From contig JANJGN010000002.1 of assembly GCA_026770705.1 (NCBI GenBank), positions 106,888,001 to 106,952,000 of the forward strand: a stretch of 64,000 bases of DNA, read 5' to 3'. The stretch is from Isurus oxyrinchus (lineage: Eukaryota). The notes beneath the pieces are model-generated. The model was not told the origin of the DNA. It was given only the letters and a program-made list of their open reading frames with translations, and ran no database searches. A program made the position numbers and the translations under genes. Shown here in pieces: positions 10,277 through 24,328 of this stretch. The number at the start of each line of letters is the position of its first letter. Position 1 is the stretch's first letter.

Positions 10277-11959
10277 TTTCCTAACTCCATGTTTAAGGGA
10301 AACCAGTAAATGTTCTGCAAAGATAAAAGCAAAATACTGCACATGCTGGGAAACTGAAGCAAAAACAAAAATAGCTGGAAAACTCAGCAGGTCTGACAGC
10401 ATCTGTGGAGAGGAAGTCAGAGTTATCGTTTCCAGTCCGTATGAGTCTTCATCAGACCTCCATCAGAAGTGGTCTGCAAAGCTGCGCTAAACTGAGCGTA
10501 ATCCAATGCCACATTTTACCCATCTGTTTGGCTTTACTTCAACATCTAAGAGCGCTCTCCTCTTGAATGACAGGCTTCGTGGCACCCAGGCGCATTAACT
10601 GTGAAAGTCATTGACTTCAAAGCGAAAGTCATTGATTGAAAGGCTTTTGTTTGCAATGTACAAAGTATCCAATCAATTCATACTTAGCTTCTTAACAGAC
10701 ACGTCAAGGTAAAGACAGACTTGCATTATTTATCACTTCTCAAGTCCTCTGGACGTCCCAAATGTCATCACAGCTAATCACGTGTTTGTGACGTCTAGTC
10801 ACTTGTGATGTAGGAAACGCAGCAAATAATGTGAGCACAACAAACAGCAATGTGAGAATCACCAGGTAAAATGTTGTCATAAAGTGGATTCAAGACAAAA
10901 CGTTGCTCACGCTACTGGGGAAGAACATGCTGCTCATATCTGAACAGAATAACCAGCACGGTTTCTTTTCAACTGTATACCTTCAGTCCACTCTCCAGAA
11001 ACCTGACTCGGGACAAGCAACTCGGAAGTTGAAACTTTGTTCGAACTAAGTGAGGGTGTTATATCTGTCAGTGAAGCTGCTTCTTCAGAACTTTTTCATT
11101 ATGACTGAATAAATTGGACCAATGCCAAGCCTCACGCAGAGATCCAGGTCACTTTTTGCCCCAAATGTTTCGGAGTTCCACATGTGACTACGCATGCCTG
11201 CATTGTAGCATTTAAATGCAGTTTTTGTGCAAAAGCACAAGCTTGTGCTGTAGCACTCTTCCTCTCACTTGCAGAAATGTTATTTCAAGCCAAATCGCAA
11301 GGTTTGAGTGCAACAATGCAGTTCACACACAAGTGGTTTACTGAGGGTGTGCTGCGCTCTCAGAAGTGCTATGACATGCATTTTACGTGAATCCGAAGCA
11401 ACATCTCCCTTCTCTTGGGATGGTAAGAGGTCCCCTGGCGCTATTCCAATGAATAACAGGGGGCTCCTACCTGCTGTCGTGGGCAATATTTAGCTCTCGG
11501 TCAGTATCATAAAAGACACGCACTATCTCCTCGTTGCCGAATTGCTGTCTGGCGTTTGCAAGTTACCTGCACGTTGGTGACATTAGAGCAGTGAACACAT
11601 TTGAAACGCATTTCTTTGCCTGGAAAGTGCTTTCAGATTCGTGGCAATGATCAAACGCGCTCTATAAATGTGTCGCTGTTTTAACATATTGAGCCTTGAC
11701 GAGGGTGCACAAAAAATCAATTACCCCAAAGTGCAATGTTGAACATGAATTTGCATATCGTGCAAGATTTGCAGCTGGCATGAGCGATGCTTGTTGCAGT
11801 CAATATTCTGGCATTGTAAAGAAAGATTTCCATGATTTTAGTCGCTGGAAATTGGTGTCTTTTCATATTCTGAGTCTTTAGGAGAACTGTTAGTTTGTCA
11901 CCATGGCTTTAGGAGAGGGCTCTCACTTCTCACCAAGGATATTGTACCTGCTCTTTTAT

Positions 11960-12074
11960 AAGCTCCCAATTCTCTTCAATTCGTATAAATCTTTCGCCTT
12001 TTACTAAAGATTTCCGTGGAGAGAATTGATTGAGAATTTTGAAGCAATTTTTGAATGCCTGACCTCAGGCAGGT
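11960..12074 (+). ncRNA. RNU5: U5 snRNA copy 6
   Basis: Array-consensus sequence; loop 1, Sm site and 3' hairpin intact. Confidence 0.95.
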
Positions 12075-14255
12075 TTACTTGTCCAATGTGCAAAAACAGA
12101 TGCCATTCAAACTATTTTTTCTGCCTGACTACTTTTTCCGCATATCAGTAGTGCTCCAGCGTGTTGCAATGCACAGCATTATTACAGCAGCCTTTCCAAA
12201 AAAAACACCATGAATCAATGCACTTTCCCAATCCTGATGCTGTCACGACGCTAGGTCTTTTCACTCTTGATGCTTTCTACCTTCTGTGTTTCGCATTCCC
12301 CTCATAGCTGAGCCCTCGCTGACTGTTCTCAACTGTGTCTCCGCGTGCCTTGATAATTCTTCAAGCAAGCTTCTCATATTGAAAACAACACCCATAGATT
12401 GCGTCAGCAACCGGATTGATCAATTGCCTCCACAGGCCCCTTCTCGTCTTCAAAGCACCAGTATAGTACGACTCCTTGCTTTAGTTTGTAACAACAAACA
12501 AATGTATTGTACTGAACAAGCAAGGAAATAACAGAAGTTTAAGACATACCTTTTCAAAGTTCATTCATAACTTTCCTAACTCCATGTTTAAGGGAAACCA
12601 GTAAATGTTCTGCAAAGATAAAAGCAAAATACTGCACATGCTGGGAAACTGAAGCAAAAACAAAAATAGCTGGAAAACGCAGCAGGTCTGACAGCATCTG
12701 TGGAGAGGAAGTCAGAGTTATCGTTTCCAGTCCGTATGAGTCTTCATCAGACCTCCATCAGAAGTGGTCTGCAAAGCTGCGCTAAACTGAGCGTAATCCA
12801 ATGCCAAATTTTACCCATCTGTTTGGCTTTACTTCAACATCAATGAGTACTCTCTTCTTGAATGACAGGCTTCGTGGCACCCAGGCGCATTATCTTTGAA
12901 TGTTATTGATTTCAAAGCTAAAGTCATTGATTGAAAGGCTTTTGTTTGCAATGTACAAAGTATCCAATCAATTCATAGTTAGCTTCTTATCAGACACGTC
13001 AAGATAAAGACAGACTTGCATTATTTATCACTTCTCAAGTCCTCTGGACGTCCCAAATGTCATCACTGCTAATCACGTGTTTGTGACGTCTAGTCACTTG
13101 TGATGTAGGAAATGCGGCAAGTAATGTGCACACAACAAACAGCAATGTGAGAATCACCAGGTAAAATGTTGTCATAAAGTGGATTCAAGACAAAACGTTG
13201 CTCACGCTACTGGGGAAGAACATGCTGCTCATATCTGAACAGAATAACCAGCACGGTTTCTTTTCAACTGTATACCTTCAGTCCACTCTCCAGAAACCTG
13301 ACTCGGGACAAGCAACTTGGAAGTTGAAACTTTGTTCGAGCTAAGTGAGGGTGTTATATCTGTCAGTGAAGCTGCTTCTTCAGAACTTTTTCATTATCAC
13401 TGAATAAATTGGACCAATGCCAAGCCTCACTCAGAGATCCAGGTCACTTTTTGCCCCAAATGTTTCGGAGTTCCACAAGTGACTACGCATGCCTGCATGT
13501 TAGCATTTAAATGCAGTTTTTGTGCAAAAGCACAAGCTTGTGCTGTAGCATTCTTGCCTCTCACTTGCAGAACTGTAATTTCAAGCCAAATCGCAAGCTT
13601 GGAGTGCAAAAATGCAGTTGACACACAAGTGATTTACTGAGGGTGTGCTGCGCTCTCAGAAGTGCTATGACGAGCATTTTACGTGAATCCGAAGCCACAT
13701 CTCCCTTCTCTTGGGATGGTAAGAGGTCCCCTGGCGCTATTCCAATGAATAACAGGGGGCTCCTACCTGCTGTCGTGGGCAATATTTAGCTCTCGGTCAG
13801 TATCATAAAAGACACGCACTATCTCCTCGATGCCGAATTGCTGTCTGGCGTTTGCAAGCTACCTGCACGTTGGTGACATTAGAGCAGTGAACACATTTGA
13901 AACGCATTTCTTTGCCTGGAAAGTGCTTTCAGATTCGTGGCAATGATCAAACGCGCTCTATAAAAGTGTCGCTGTTTTAACATATTGAGCCTTGACGAGA
14001 GTGCACAAAAAATCAATTACCCCAAAGTGCAATGTTGAACATGAATTTGCATATCGTGCAAGATTTGCAGCTGGCATGAGCGATGCTTGTTGCAGTCAAT
14101 ATTCTGGCATTGTAAAGAAAGATTTCCATGATTTTAGTCGCTGGAACTTGGTGTCTTTTCATATTCTGAGTCTTTAGGAGAACTGTTAGCTTGTCACCAC
14201 GGCTTTATGAGAGGGCTCTCACTTCTCACCAAGGATATTGTACCTGCTCTTTCAT

Positions 14256-14370
14256 AAGCTCCCAATTCTCTTCAATTAGTATAAATCTTTCGCCTTTTAC
14301 TAAAGATTTCCGTGGAGAGAATTGATTGAGAATTTTGAAGCAATATTTGAATGCCTGACCTCAGGCAGGT
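14256..14370 (+). ncRNA. RNU5: U5 snRNA copy 7 (Sm site interrupted)
   Basis: Loop 1 intact; Sm site reads AAUAUUUG. Confidence 0.87.
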
Positions 14371-14877
14371 TGACTTGTCCAATGTGCAAAAACAGATGCC
14401 ATTCAAGCTATTTTTTCTACCTGACTACTTTTTCTGCATATCAGTAGTGTTCCAGCGTGTTGCAATGCACAGCATTATTACAGCAGCCTTTCCAAAAAAA
14501 ACATCATGAATCGAAGCACTTTCCCAATCCTGATGCTGTCACGACGCTAGGTCTTTTCACTCTTGATGCTTTCTTCCTTCTGTGTTTCGCATTCCCCTCA
14601 TAGCTGAGCCCTCGCTGACTGTTCTCAACTGTGTCTCCGCGTGCCTTGATAATTCTTCAAGCAAGCTCCTCATATTGAAAACAACACCCATAGATTGCGT
14701 CAGCTACCGGATTGATCAATTGCCTCCACAGGCCCCTTCTCGTCTTCAAAGCACCAGTATAGTACGACTCCTTGCTTTAGTTTGTAACAACAAACAAATG
14801 TATTGTACTGAACAAGCAAGGAAATAACAGAAGTTTAAGACATACCTTTTCAAAGTTCATTCATAACTTTCCTAACT

Positions 14878-15138
14878 TGTTCGGGTCTGGCAGCATCGGC
14901 GGAGAAGAAAAGAGTTGACGTTTCGAGTCTTCATGACCCTTCGACAGAACTTGATTTCGAGTCCAGGAAAGAGTTCAACTCTTTCCTGGACTCGAAATCA
15001 AGTTCTGTCGAAGGGTCATGAAGACTCGAAACGTCAACTCTTTTCTTCTCTGCCGATGCTGCCAGACCTGCTGAGTTTTTCCAGGTAATTCTGTTTTTGT
15101 TTTGGATTTCCAGCATCCGCAGTTCTCTTTGTTTTTAC
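14878..15138 (+). mobile_element. Young Penelope-like palindromic insertion (copy 2)
   Basis: Same site and sequence as 10017-10276. TTCCTAACT duplicated, palindrome centre at 14976, hammerhead motif at 15001-15039. Confidence 0.85.
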
Positions 15139-16820
15139 TTCCTAACTCCATGTTTAAGGGAAACCAGTAAATGTTCTGCAAAGATAAAAGCAAAATACTG
15201 CACATGCTGGGAAACTGAAGCAAAAACAAAAATAGCTGGAAAACTCAGCAGGTCTGACAGCATCTGTGGAGAGGAAGTCAGAGTTATCGTTTCCAGTCCG
15301 TATGAGTCTTCATCAGACCTCCATCAGAAGTGGTCTGCAAAGCTGGGCTAAACTGAGCGTAATCCAATGCCACATTTTACCCATCTGTTTGGCTTTACTT
15401 CAACATCTATGAGCGCTCTCCACTTGAATGACAGGCTTCGTGGCACCCAGGCGCATTAACTGTGAAAGTCATTGATTTCAAAGCGAAAGTCATTGATTGA
15501 AAGGCTTTTGTTTGCAATGTACAAAGTATCCAATCAATTCATACTTAGCTTCTTATCAGACACGTCAAGGTAAAGACAGACTTGCATTATTTAACACTTC
15601 TCAAGTCCTCTGGACGTCCCAAATGTCATCACAGCTAATCACGTGTTTGTGACGTCTAGTCACTTGTGATGTAGGAAACGCAGCAAATAATGTGAGCACA
15701 ACAAACAGCAATGTGAGAATCACCAGGTAAAATGTTGTCATAAAGAGGATTCAAGACAATACGTTGCTCACGCTACTGGGGAAGAACATGCTGCTCATAT
15801 CTGAACAGAATAACCAGCACGGTTTCTTTTCAACTGTATACCTTCAGTCCACTCTCCAGAAACCTGACTCGGGACAAGCAACTTGGAAGTTGAAACTTTG
15901 TCCGAACTAAGTGAGGGTGTTATATCTGTCAGTGAAGCTGCTTCTTCAGAACTTTTTCATTATGACTGAATAAATTGGACCAATGCCAAGCCTCACGCAG
16001 AGATCCAGGTCACTTTTTGCCCCAAATGTTTCGGAGTTCCACATGTGACTACGCATGCCTGCATTGTAGCATTTAAATGCAGTTTTTGTGCAAAAGCACA
16101 AGCTTGTGCTGTAGCACTCTTCCTCTCACTTGCAGAAATGTTATTTCAAGCCAAATCGCAAGGTTTGAGTGCAACAATGCAGTTCACACACAAGTGGTTT
16201 ACTGAGGGTGTGCTGCGCTCTCAGAAGTGCTATGACATGCATTTTACGTGAATCCGAAGCAACATCTCCCTTCTCTTGGGATGGTAAGAGGTCCCCTGGC
16301 GCTATTCCAATGAATAACAGGGGGCTCCTACCTGCTGTCGTGGGCAATATTTAGCTCTCGGTCAGTATCATAAAAGACACGCACTATCTCCTCGTTGCCG
16401 AATTGCTGTCTGGCGTTTGCAAGTTACCTGCACGTTGGTGACATTAGAGCAGTGAACACATTTGAAACGCATTTCTTTGCCTGGAAAGTGCTTTCAGATT
16501 CGTGGCAATGATCAAACGCGCTCTATAAATGTGTCGCTGTTTTAACATATTGAGCCTTGACGAGAGTGCACAAAAAATCAATTACCCCAAAGTGCAATGT
16601 TGAACATGAATTTGCTTATCGTGCAAGATTTGCAGCTGGCATGAGCGATGCTTGTTGCAGTCAATATTCTGGCATTGTAAAGAAAGATTTCCATGATTTT
16701 AGTCGCTGGAAATTGGTGTCTTTTCATATTCTGAGTCTTTAGGAGAACTGTTAGTTTGTCACCATGGCTTTAGGAGAGGGCTCTCACTTCTCACCAAGGA
16801 TATTGTACCTGCTCTTTTAT

Positions 16821-16935
16821 AAGCTCCCAATTCTCTTCAATTCGTATAAATCTTTCGCCTTTTACTAAAGATTTCCGTGGAGAGAATTGATTGAGAATTT
16901 TGAAGCAATTTTTGAATGCCTGACCTCAGGCAGGT
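16821..16935 (+). ncRNA. RNU5: U5 snRNA copy 8
   Basis: Consensus coding sequence; upstream octamer mutated (ATTTGCTT). Confidence 0.94.
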
Positions 16936-19116
16936 TTACTTGTCCAATGTGCAAAAACAGATGCCATTCAAACTATTTTTTCTGCCTGACTACTTTTTCC
17001 GCATATCAGTAGTGCTCCAGCGTGTTGCAATGCACAGCATTATTACAGCAGCCTTTCCAAAAAAAACACCATGAATCGATGCACTTTCCCAATCCTGATG
17101 CTGTCACGACGCTAGGTCTTTTCACTCTTGATGCTTTCTACCTTCTGTGTTTCGCATTCCCCTCATAGCTGAGCCCTCGCTGACTGTTCTCAACTGTGTC
17201 TCCGCGTGCCTTGATAATTCTTCAAGCAAGCTTCTCATATTGAAAACAACACCCATAGATTGCGTCAGCTACCGGATTGATCAATTGCCTCCACAGGCCC
17301 CTTCTCGTCTTCAAAGCACCAGTATAGTACGACTCCTTGCTTTAGTTTGTAACAACAAACAAATGTATTGTACTGAACAAGCAAGGAAATAACAGAAGTT
17401 TAAGACATAGCTTTTCAAAGTTCATTCATAACTTTCCTAACTCCATGTTTAAGGGAAACCAGTAAATGTTCTGCAAAGATAAAAGCAAAATACTGCACAT
17501 GCTGGGAAACTGAAGCAAAAACAAAAATAGCTGGAAAACGCAGCAGGTCTGACAGGATCTGTGGAGAGGAAGTCAGAGTTATCGTTTCCAGTCCGTATGA
17601 GTCTTCATCAGACCTCCATCAGAAGTGGTCTGCAAAGCTGCGCTAAACTGAGCGTAATCCAATGCCAAATTTTACCCATCTGTTTGGCTTTACTTCAACA
17701 TCAATGAGTACTCTCTTCTTGAATGACAGGCTTCGTGGCACCCAGGCGCATTATCTTTGAATGTTATTGATTTCAAAGCAAAAGTCATTGATTGAAAGGC
17801 TTTTGTTTGCAATGTACAAAGTATCCAATCAATTCATACCTAGCTTCTTATCAGACACGTCAAGATAAAGACAGACTTGCATTATTTATCACTTCTCAAG
17901 TCCTCTGGACGTCCCAAATGTCATCACTGCTAATCACGTGTTTGTGACGTCTAGTCACTTGTGATGTAGGAAATGCGGCAAGTAATGTGCACACAACAAA
18001 CAGCAATGTGAGAATCACCAGGTAAAATGTTGTCATAAAGTGGATTCAAGACAAAACGTTGCTCACGCTACTGGGGAAGAACATGCTGCTCATATCTGAA
18101 CAGAATAACCAGCACGGTTTCTTTTCAACTGTATACCTTCAGTCCACTCTCCAGAAACCTGACTCGGGACAAGCAACTTGGAAGTTGAAACTTTGTTCGA
18201 GCTAAGTGAGGGTGTTATATCTGTCAGTGAAGCTGCTTCTTCAGAACTTTTTCATTATCACTGAATAAATTGGACCAATGCCAAGCCTCACTCAGAGATC
18301 CAGGTCACTTTTTGCCCCAAATGTTTCGGAGTTCCACAAGTGACTACGCATGCCTGCATGTTAGCATTTAAATGCAGTTTTTGTGCAAAAGCACAAGCTT
18401 GTGCTGTAGCATTCTTGCCTCTCACTTGCAGAACTGTAATTTCAAGCCAAATCGCAAGGTTGGAGTGCAAAAATGCAGTTGACACACAAGTGATTTACTG
18501 AGGGTGTGCTGCGCTCTCAGAAGTGCTATGACGAGCATTTTACGTGAATCCGAAGCCATATCTCCCTTCTCTTGGGATGGTAAGAGGTCCCCTGGCGCTA
18601 TTCCAATGAATAACAGGGGGCTCCTACCTGCTGTCGTGGGCAATATTTAGCTCTCGGTCAGTATCATAAAAGACACGCACTATCTCCTCGATGCCGAATT
18701 GCTGTCTGGCGTTTGCAAGCTACCTGCACGTTGGTGACATTAGAGCAGTGAACACATTTGAAACGCATTTCTTTGCCTGGAAAGTGCTTTCAGATTCGTG
18801 GCAATGATCAAACGCGCTCTATAAAAGTGTCGCTGTTTTAACATATTGAGCCTTGACGAGAGTGCACAAAAAATCAATTACCCCAAAGTGCAATGTTGAA
18901 CATGAATTTGCATATCGTGCAAGATTTGCAGCTGGCATGAGCGATGCTTGTTGCAGTCAATATTCTGGCATTGTAAAGAAAGATTTCCATGATTTTAGTC
19001 GCTGGAAATTGGTGTCTTTTCATATTCTGAGTCTTTAGGAGAACTGTTAGCTTGTCACCACGGCTTTATGAGAGGGCTCTCACTTCTCACCAAGGATATT
19101 GTACCTGCTCTTTCAT

Positions 19117-19231
19117 AAGCTCCCAATTCTCTTCAATTAGTATAAATCTTTCGCCTTTTACTAAAGATTTCCGTGGAGAGAATTGATTGAGAATTTTGAA
19201 GCAATATTTGAATGCCTGACCTCAGGCAGGT
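19117..19231 (+). ncRNA. RNU5: U5 snRNA copy 9 (Sm site interrupted)
   Basis: Same variants as copy 7 (ATTAGTATA, AATATTTG). Confidence 0.87.
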
Positions 19232-21411
19232 TTACTTGTCCAATGTGCAAAAACAGATGCCATTCAAGCTATTTTTTCTACCTGACTACTTTTTCTGCAT
19301 AGCAGTAGTGTTCCAGCGTGTTGCAATGCACAGCATTATTACAGCAGCCTTTCCAAAAAAAACATCATGAATCGAAGCACTTTCCCAATCCTGATGCTGT
19401 CACGACGCTAGGTCTTTTCACTCTTGATGCTTTCTTCCTTCTGTGTTTCGCATTCCCCTCATAGCTGAGCCCTCGCTGACTGTTCTCAACTGTGTCTCCG
19501 CGTGCCTTGATAATTCTTCAAGCAAGCTCCTCATATTGAAAACAACACCCATAGATTGCGTCAGCTACCGGATTGATCAATTGCCTCCACAGGCCCCTTC
19601 TCGTCTTCAAAGCACCAGTATAGTACGACTCCTTGCTTTAGTTTGTAACAACAAACAAATGTATTGTACTGAACAAGCAAGGAAATAACAGAAGTTTAAG
19701 ACATACCTTTTCAAAGTTCATTCATAACTTTCCTAACTCCATGTTTAAGGGAAAACAGTAAATGTTCTGCAAAGATAAAAGCAAAATACTGCACATGCTG
19801 GGAAACTGAAGCAAAAACAAAAATAGCTGGAAAACTCAGCAGGTCTGACAGCATCTGTGGAGAGGAAGTCAGAGTTATCGTTTCCAGTCCGTATGAGTCT
19901 TCATCAGACCTCCATCAGAAGTGGTCTGCAAAGCTGGGCTAAACTGAGCGTAATCCAATGCCACATTTTACCCATCTGTTTGGCTTTACTTCAACATCTA
20001 TGAGCGCTCTCTTCTTGAATGACAGGCTTCGTGGCACCCAGGCGCATTATCTTTGAAAGTCATTGATTTCAAAGCGAAAGTCATTGATTGAAAGGCTTTT
20101 GTTTGCAATGTACAAAGTATCCAATCAATTCATACTTAGCTTCTTATCAGACACGTCAAGGTAAAGACAGACTTGCATTATTTATCACTTCTCAAGTCCT
20201 CTGGACGTCCCAAATGTCATCACAGCTAATCACGTGTTTGTGACGTCTAGTCACTTGTGATGTAGGAAACGCAGCAAATAATGTGAGCACAACAAACAGC
20301 AATGTGAGAATCACCAGGTAAAATGTTGTCATAAAGTGGATTCAAGACAAAACGTTGCTCACGCTACTGGGGAAGAACATGCTGCTCATATCTGAACAGA
20401 ATAACCAGCACGGTTTCTTTTCAACTGTATACCTTCAGTCCACTCTCCAGAAACCTGACTCGGGACAAGCAACTTGGAAGTTGAAACTTTGTTCGAACTA
20501 AGTGAGGGTGTTATATCTGTCAGTGAAGCTGCTTCTTCAGAACTTTTTCATTATGACTGAATAAATTGGACCAATGCCAAGCCTCACGCAGAGATCCAGG
20601 TCACTTTTTGCCCCAAATGTTTCGGAGTTCCACATGTGACTACGCATGCCTGCATTGTAGCATTTAAATGCAGTTTTTGTGCAAAAGCACAAGCTTGTGC
20701 TGTAGCACTCTTCCTCTCACTTGCAGAAATGTTATTTCAAGCCAAATCGCAAGGTTTGAGTGCAACAATGCAGTTCACACACAAGTGGTTTACTGAGGGT
20801 GTGCTGCGCTCTCAGAAGTGCTATGACATGCATTTTACGTGAATCCGAAGCCACATCTCCCTTCTCTTGGGATGGTAAGAGGTCCCCTGGCGCTATTCCA
20901 ATGAATAACAGGGGGCTCCTACCTGCTGTCGTGGGCAATATTTAGCTCTCGGTCAGTATCATAAAAGACACGCACTATCTCCTCGTTGCCGAATTGCTGT
21001 CTGGCGTTTGCAAGTTACCTGCACGTTGGTGACATTAGAGCAGTGAACACATTTGAAACGCATTTCTTTGCCTGGAAAGTGCTTTCAGATTCGTGGCAAT
21101 GATCAAACGCGCTCTATAAATATGTCGCTGTTTTAACATATTGAGCCTTGACGAGAGTGCACAAAAAATCAATTACCCCAAAGTGCAATGTTGAACATGA
21201 ATTTGCATATCGTGCAAGATTTGCAGCTGGCATGAGCGATGCTTGTTGCAGTCAATATTCTGGCATTGTAAAGAAAGATTTCCATGATTTTAGTCGCTGG
21301 AAATTGGTGTCTTTTCATATTCTGAGTCTTTAGGAGAACTGTTAGTTTGTCACCATGGCTTTAGGAGAGGGCTCTCACTTCTCACCAAGGATATTGTACC
21401 TGCTCTTTTAT

Positions 21412-21525
21412 AAGCTCCCAATTCTCTTCAATTCGTATAAATCTTTCGCCTTTTACTAAAATTTCCGTGGAGAGAATTGATTGAGAATTTTTAAGCTATT
21501 TTTGAATGCCTGACCTCAGGCAGGT
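21412..21525 (+). ncRNA. RNU5: U5 snRNA copy 10 (1-nt stem deletion)
   Basis: CTAAAATTT in place of CTAAAGATTT; Sm site UAUUUUUG. Confidence 0.86.
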
Positions 21526-23706
21526 TTACTTGTCCAATGTGCAAAAACAGATGCCATTCAAGCTATTTTTTCTGCCTGACTTCTTTTTCTGCATATCAGT
21601 AGTGCTCCAGCGTGTTGCAATGCACAGCATTATTACAGCAGCCTTTCCAAAAAAAACACCATGAATCGATGCACTTTCCCAATCCTGATGCTGTCACGAC
21701 GCTAGGTCTTTTCACTCTTGATGCTTTCTACCTTCTGTGTTTCGCATTCCCCTCATAGCTGAGCCCTCGCTGACTGTTCTCAACTGTGTCTCCGCGTGCC
21801 TTGATAATTCTTCAAGCAAGCTCCTCATATTGAAAACAACACCCATAGATTGCGTCAGCTACCGGATTGATCAATTGCCTCCACAGGCCCCTTCTCGTCT
21901 TCAAAGCACCAGTATAGTACGACTCCTTGCTTTAGTTTGTAACAACAAACAAATGTATTGTACTGAACAAGCAAGGAAATAACAGAAGTTTAAGACATAC
22001 CTTTTCAAAGTTCATTCATAACTTTCCTAACTCCATGTTTAAGGGAAACCAGTAAATGTTCTGCAAAGATAAAAGCAAAATACTGCACATGCTGGGAAAC
22101 TGAAGCAAAAACAAAAATAGCTGGAAAACTCAGCAGGTCTGACAGCATCTGTGGAGAGGAAGTCAGAGTTATCGTTTCCAGTCTGTATGAGTCTTCATCA
22201 GACCTCCATCAGAAGTGGTCTGCAAAGCTGCGCTAAACTGAGCGTAATCCAATGCCACATTTTACCCATCTGTTTGGCTTTACTTCAACATCAATGAGTA
22301 CTCTCTTCTTGAATGACAGGCTTCGTGGCACCCAGGCGCATTATCTTTGAAAGTCATTGATTTCAAAGCGAAAGTCATTGATTGAAAGGCTTTTGTTTGC
22401 AATGTACAAAGTATCCAATCAATTCATACCTAGCTTCTTATCAGACACGTCAAGATAAAGACAGACTTGCATTACTTATCGCTTCTCAAGTCCTCTGGAC
22501 GTCCCAAATGTCATCACAGCTAATCACGTGTTTGTGACGTCTAGTCACTTGTGATGTAGGAAATGCGGCAAGTAATGTGCACACAACAAACAGCAATGTG
22601 AGAATCACCAGGTAAAATGTTATCATGAAGTGGATTCAAATCAAAACGTTGCTCACGCTACTGGAGAAGAACATGCTGCTCATATCTGAACAGAATAACC
22701 AGCACGGTTTCTTTTCAACTGTATACCTTCAGTCCACTCTCCAGAAACCTGACTCGGGACAAGCAACTTGGAAGTTGAAACTTTGTTCGAGCTAAGCGAG
22801 GGTGTTATATCTGTCAGTGAAGCTGCTTCTTCAGAACTTTTTCATTATCACTGAATAAATTGGACCAATGCCAAGCCTCACTCAGAGATCCAGGTCACTT
22901 TTTGCCCCAAATGTTTCGGAGTTCCACAAGTGACTACGCATGCCTGCATGTTAGCATTTAAATGCAGTTTTTGTGCAAAAGCACAAGCTTGTGCTGTAGC
23001 ATTCTTGCCTCTCACTTGCAGAACTGTAATTTCAAGCCAAATCGCAAGGTTGGAGTGCAAAAATGCAGTTGACACACAAGTGATTTACTGAGGGTGTGCT
23101 GCGCTCTCAGAAGTGCTATGACGTGCATTTTACGTGAATCCGAAGCCATATCTCCCTTCTCTTGGGATGGTAAGAGGTCCCCTGGCGCTATTCCAATGAA
23201 TAACAGGGGGCTCCTACCTGCTGTCGTGGGCAATATTTAGCTCTCGGTCAGTATCATAAAAGACACGCACTATCTCCTCGTTGCCGAATTGCTGTCTGGC
23301 GTTTGCAAGCTACCTGCACGTTGGTGACATTAGAGCAGTGAACACATTTTAAACGCATTTCTTTGCCTGGAAAGTGCTTTCAGATTCGTGGCAATGATCA
23401 AACGCGCTCTATAAATGTGTCGCTGTTTTAACATATTGAGCCTTGACGAGAGTGCACAAAAAATCAATTACCCCAAAGTGCAATGTTGAACATGAATTTG
23501 CATATCGTGCAAGATTTGCAGCTGGCATGAGCGATGCTTGTTGCAGTCAATATTCTGGCATTGTAAAGAAAGATTTCCATGATTTTAGTCGCTGGAAATT
23601 GGTGTCTTTTCATATTCTGAGTCTTTAGGAGAACTGTTAGTTTGTCACCACGGCTTTAGGAGAGGGCTCTCACTTCTCACCAAGGATATTGTACCTGCTC
23701 TTTCAT

Positions 23707-23821
23707 AAGCTCCCAATTCTCTTCAATTCGTATAAATCTTTTGCCTTTTACTAAAGATTTCCGTGGAGAGAATTGATTGAGAATTTTGAAGCAATTTTTG
23801 AATGCCTGACCTCAGGCAGGT
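23707..23821 (+). ncRNA. RNU5: U5 snRNA copy 11
   Basis: Same as copy 5. Confidence 0.92.
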
Positions 23822-24328
23822 TGACTTGTCCAATGTGCAAAAACAGATGCCATTCAAGCTATTTTTTCTGCCTCAGTACTTTTTCTGCATATCAGTAGTG
23901 TTCCAGCGTGTTGCAATGCGCGGCATTATTACAGCAGCCTTTGCAAAAAAAGCACCATGAATCGATGCACTTTCCCAATCCTGATGCTGTCACGACGCTA
24001 GGTCTTTTCACTCTTGATGCTTTCTACCTTCTGTGTTTCGCATTCCCCTCATAGCTGAGCCCTCGCTGACTGTTCTCAACTGTGTCTCCGCGTGCCTTGA
24101 TAATTCTTCAAGCAAGCTGCTCATATTGAAAACAACACCCATAGATTGCGTCAGCTACTGGATTGATCAATTGCCTCCACAGGCCCCTTCTCGTCTTCAA
24201 AGCACCAGTATAGTACGACTCCTTGCTTTAGTTTGTAACAACAAACAAATGTATTGTACTGAACAAGCAAGGAAATAACAGAAGTTTAAGACATACCTTT
24301 TCAAAGTTCATTCATAACTTTCCTAACT

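Noticed and set aside
10000-10490. 122/84/61-aa ORFs over the insertion
   Set aside because: By-products of the palindrome; no RT or endonuclease motifs, and the 122-aa ORF is truncated in the other two copies.
19720-20300. Precise excision of the insert from unit 9, which shares the GGAAACGCAGCAAATAATGTGAGC marker with insert-bearing units
   Set aside because: Markers closer to the site (GGAAAACAG, CATTATCTTTG) match insert-free unit 2, so a crossover downstream of the site is simpler.
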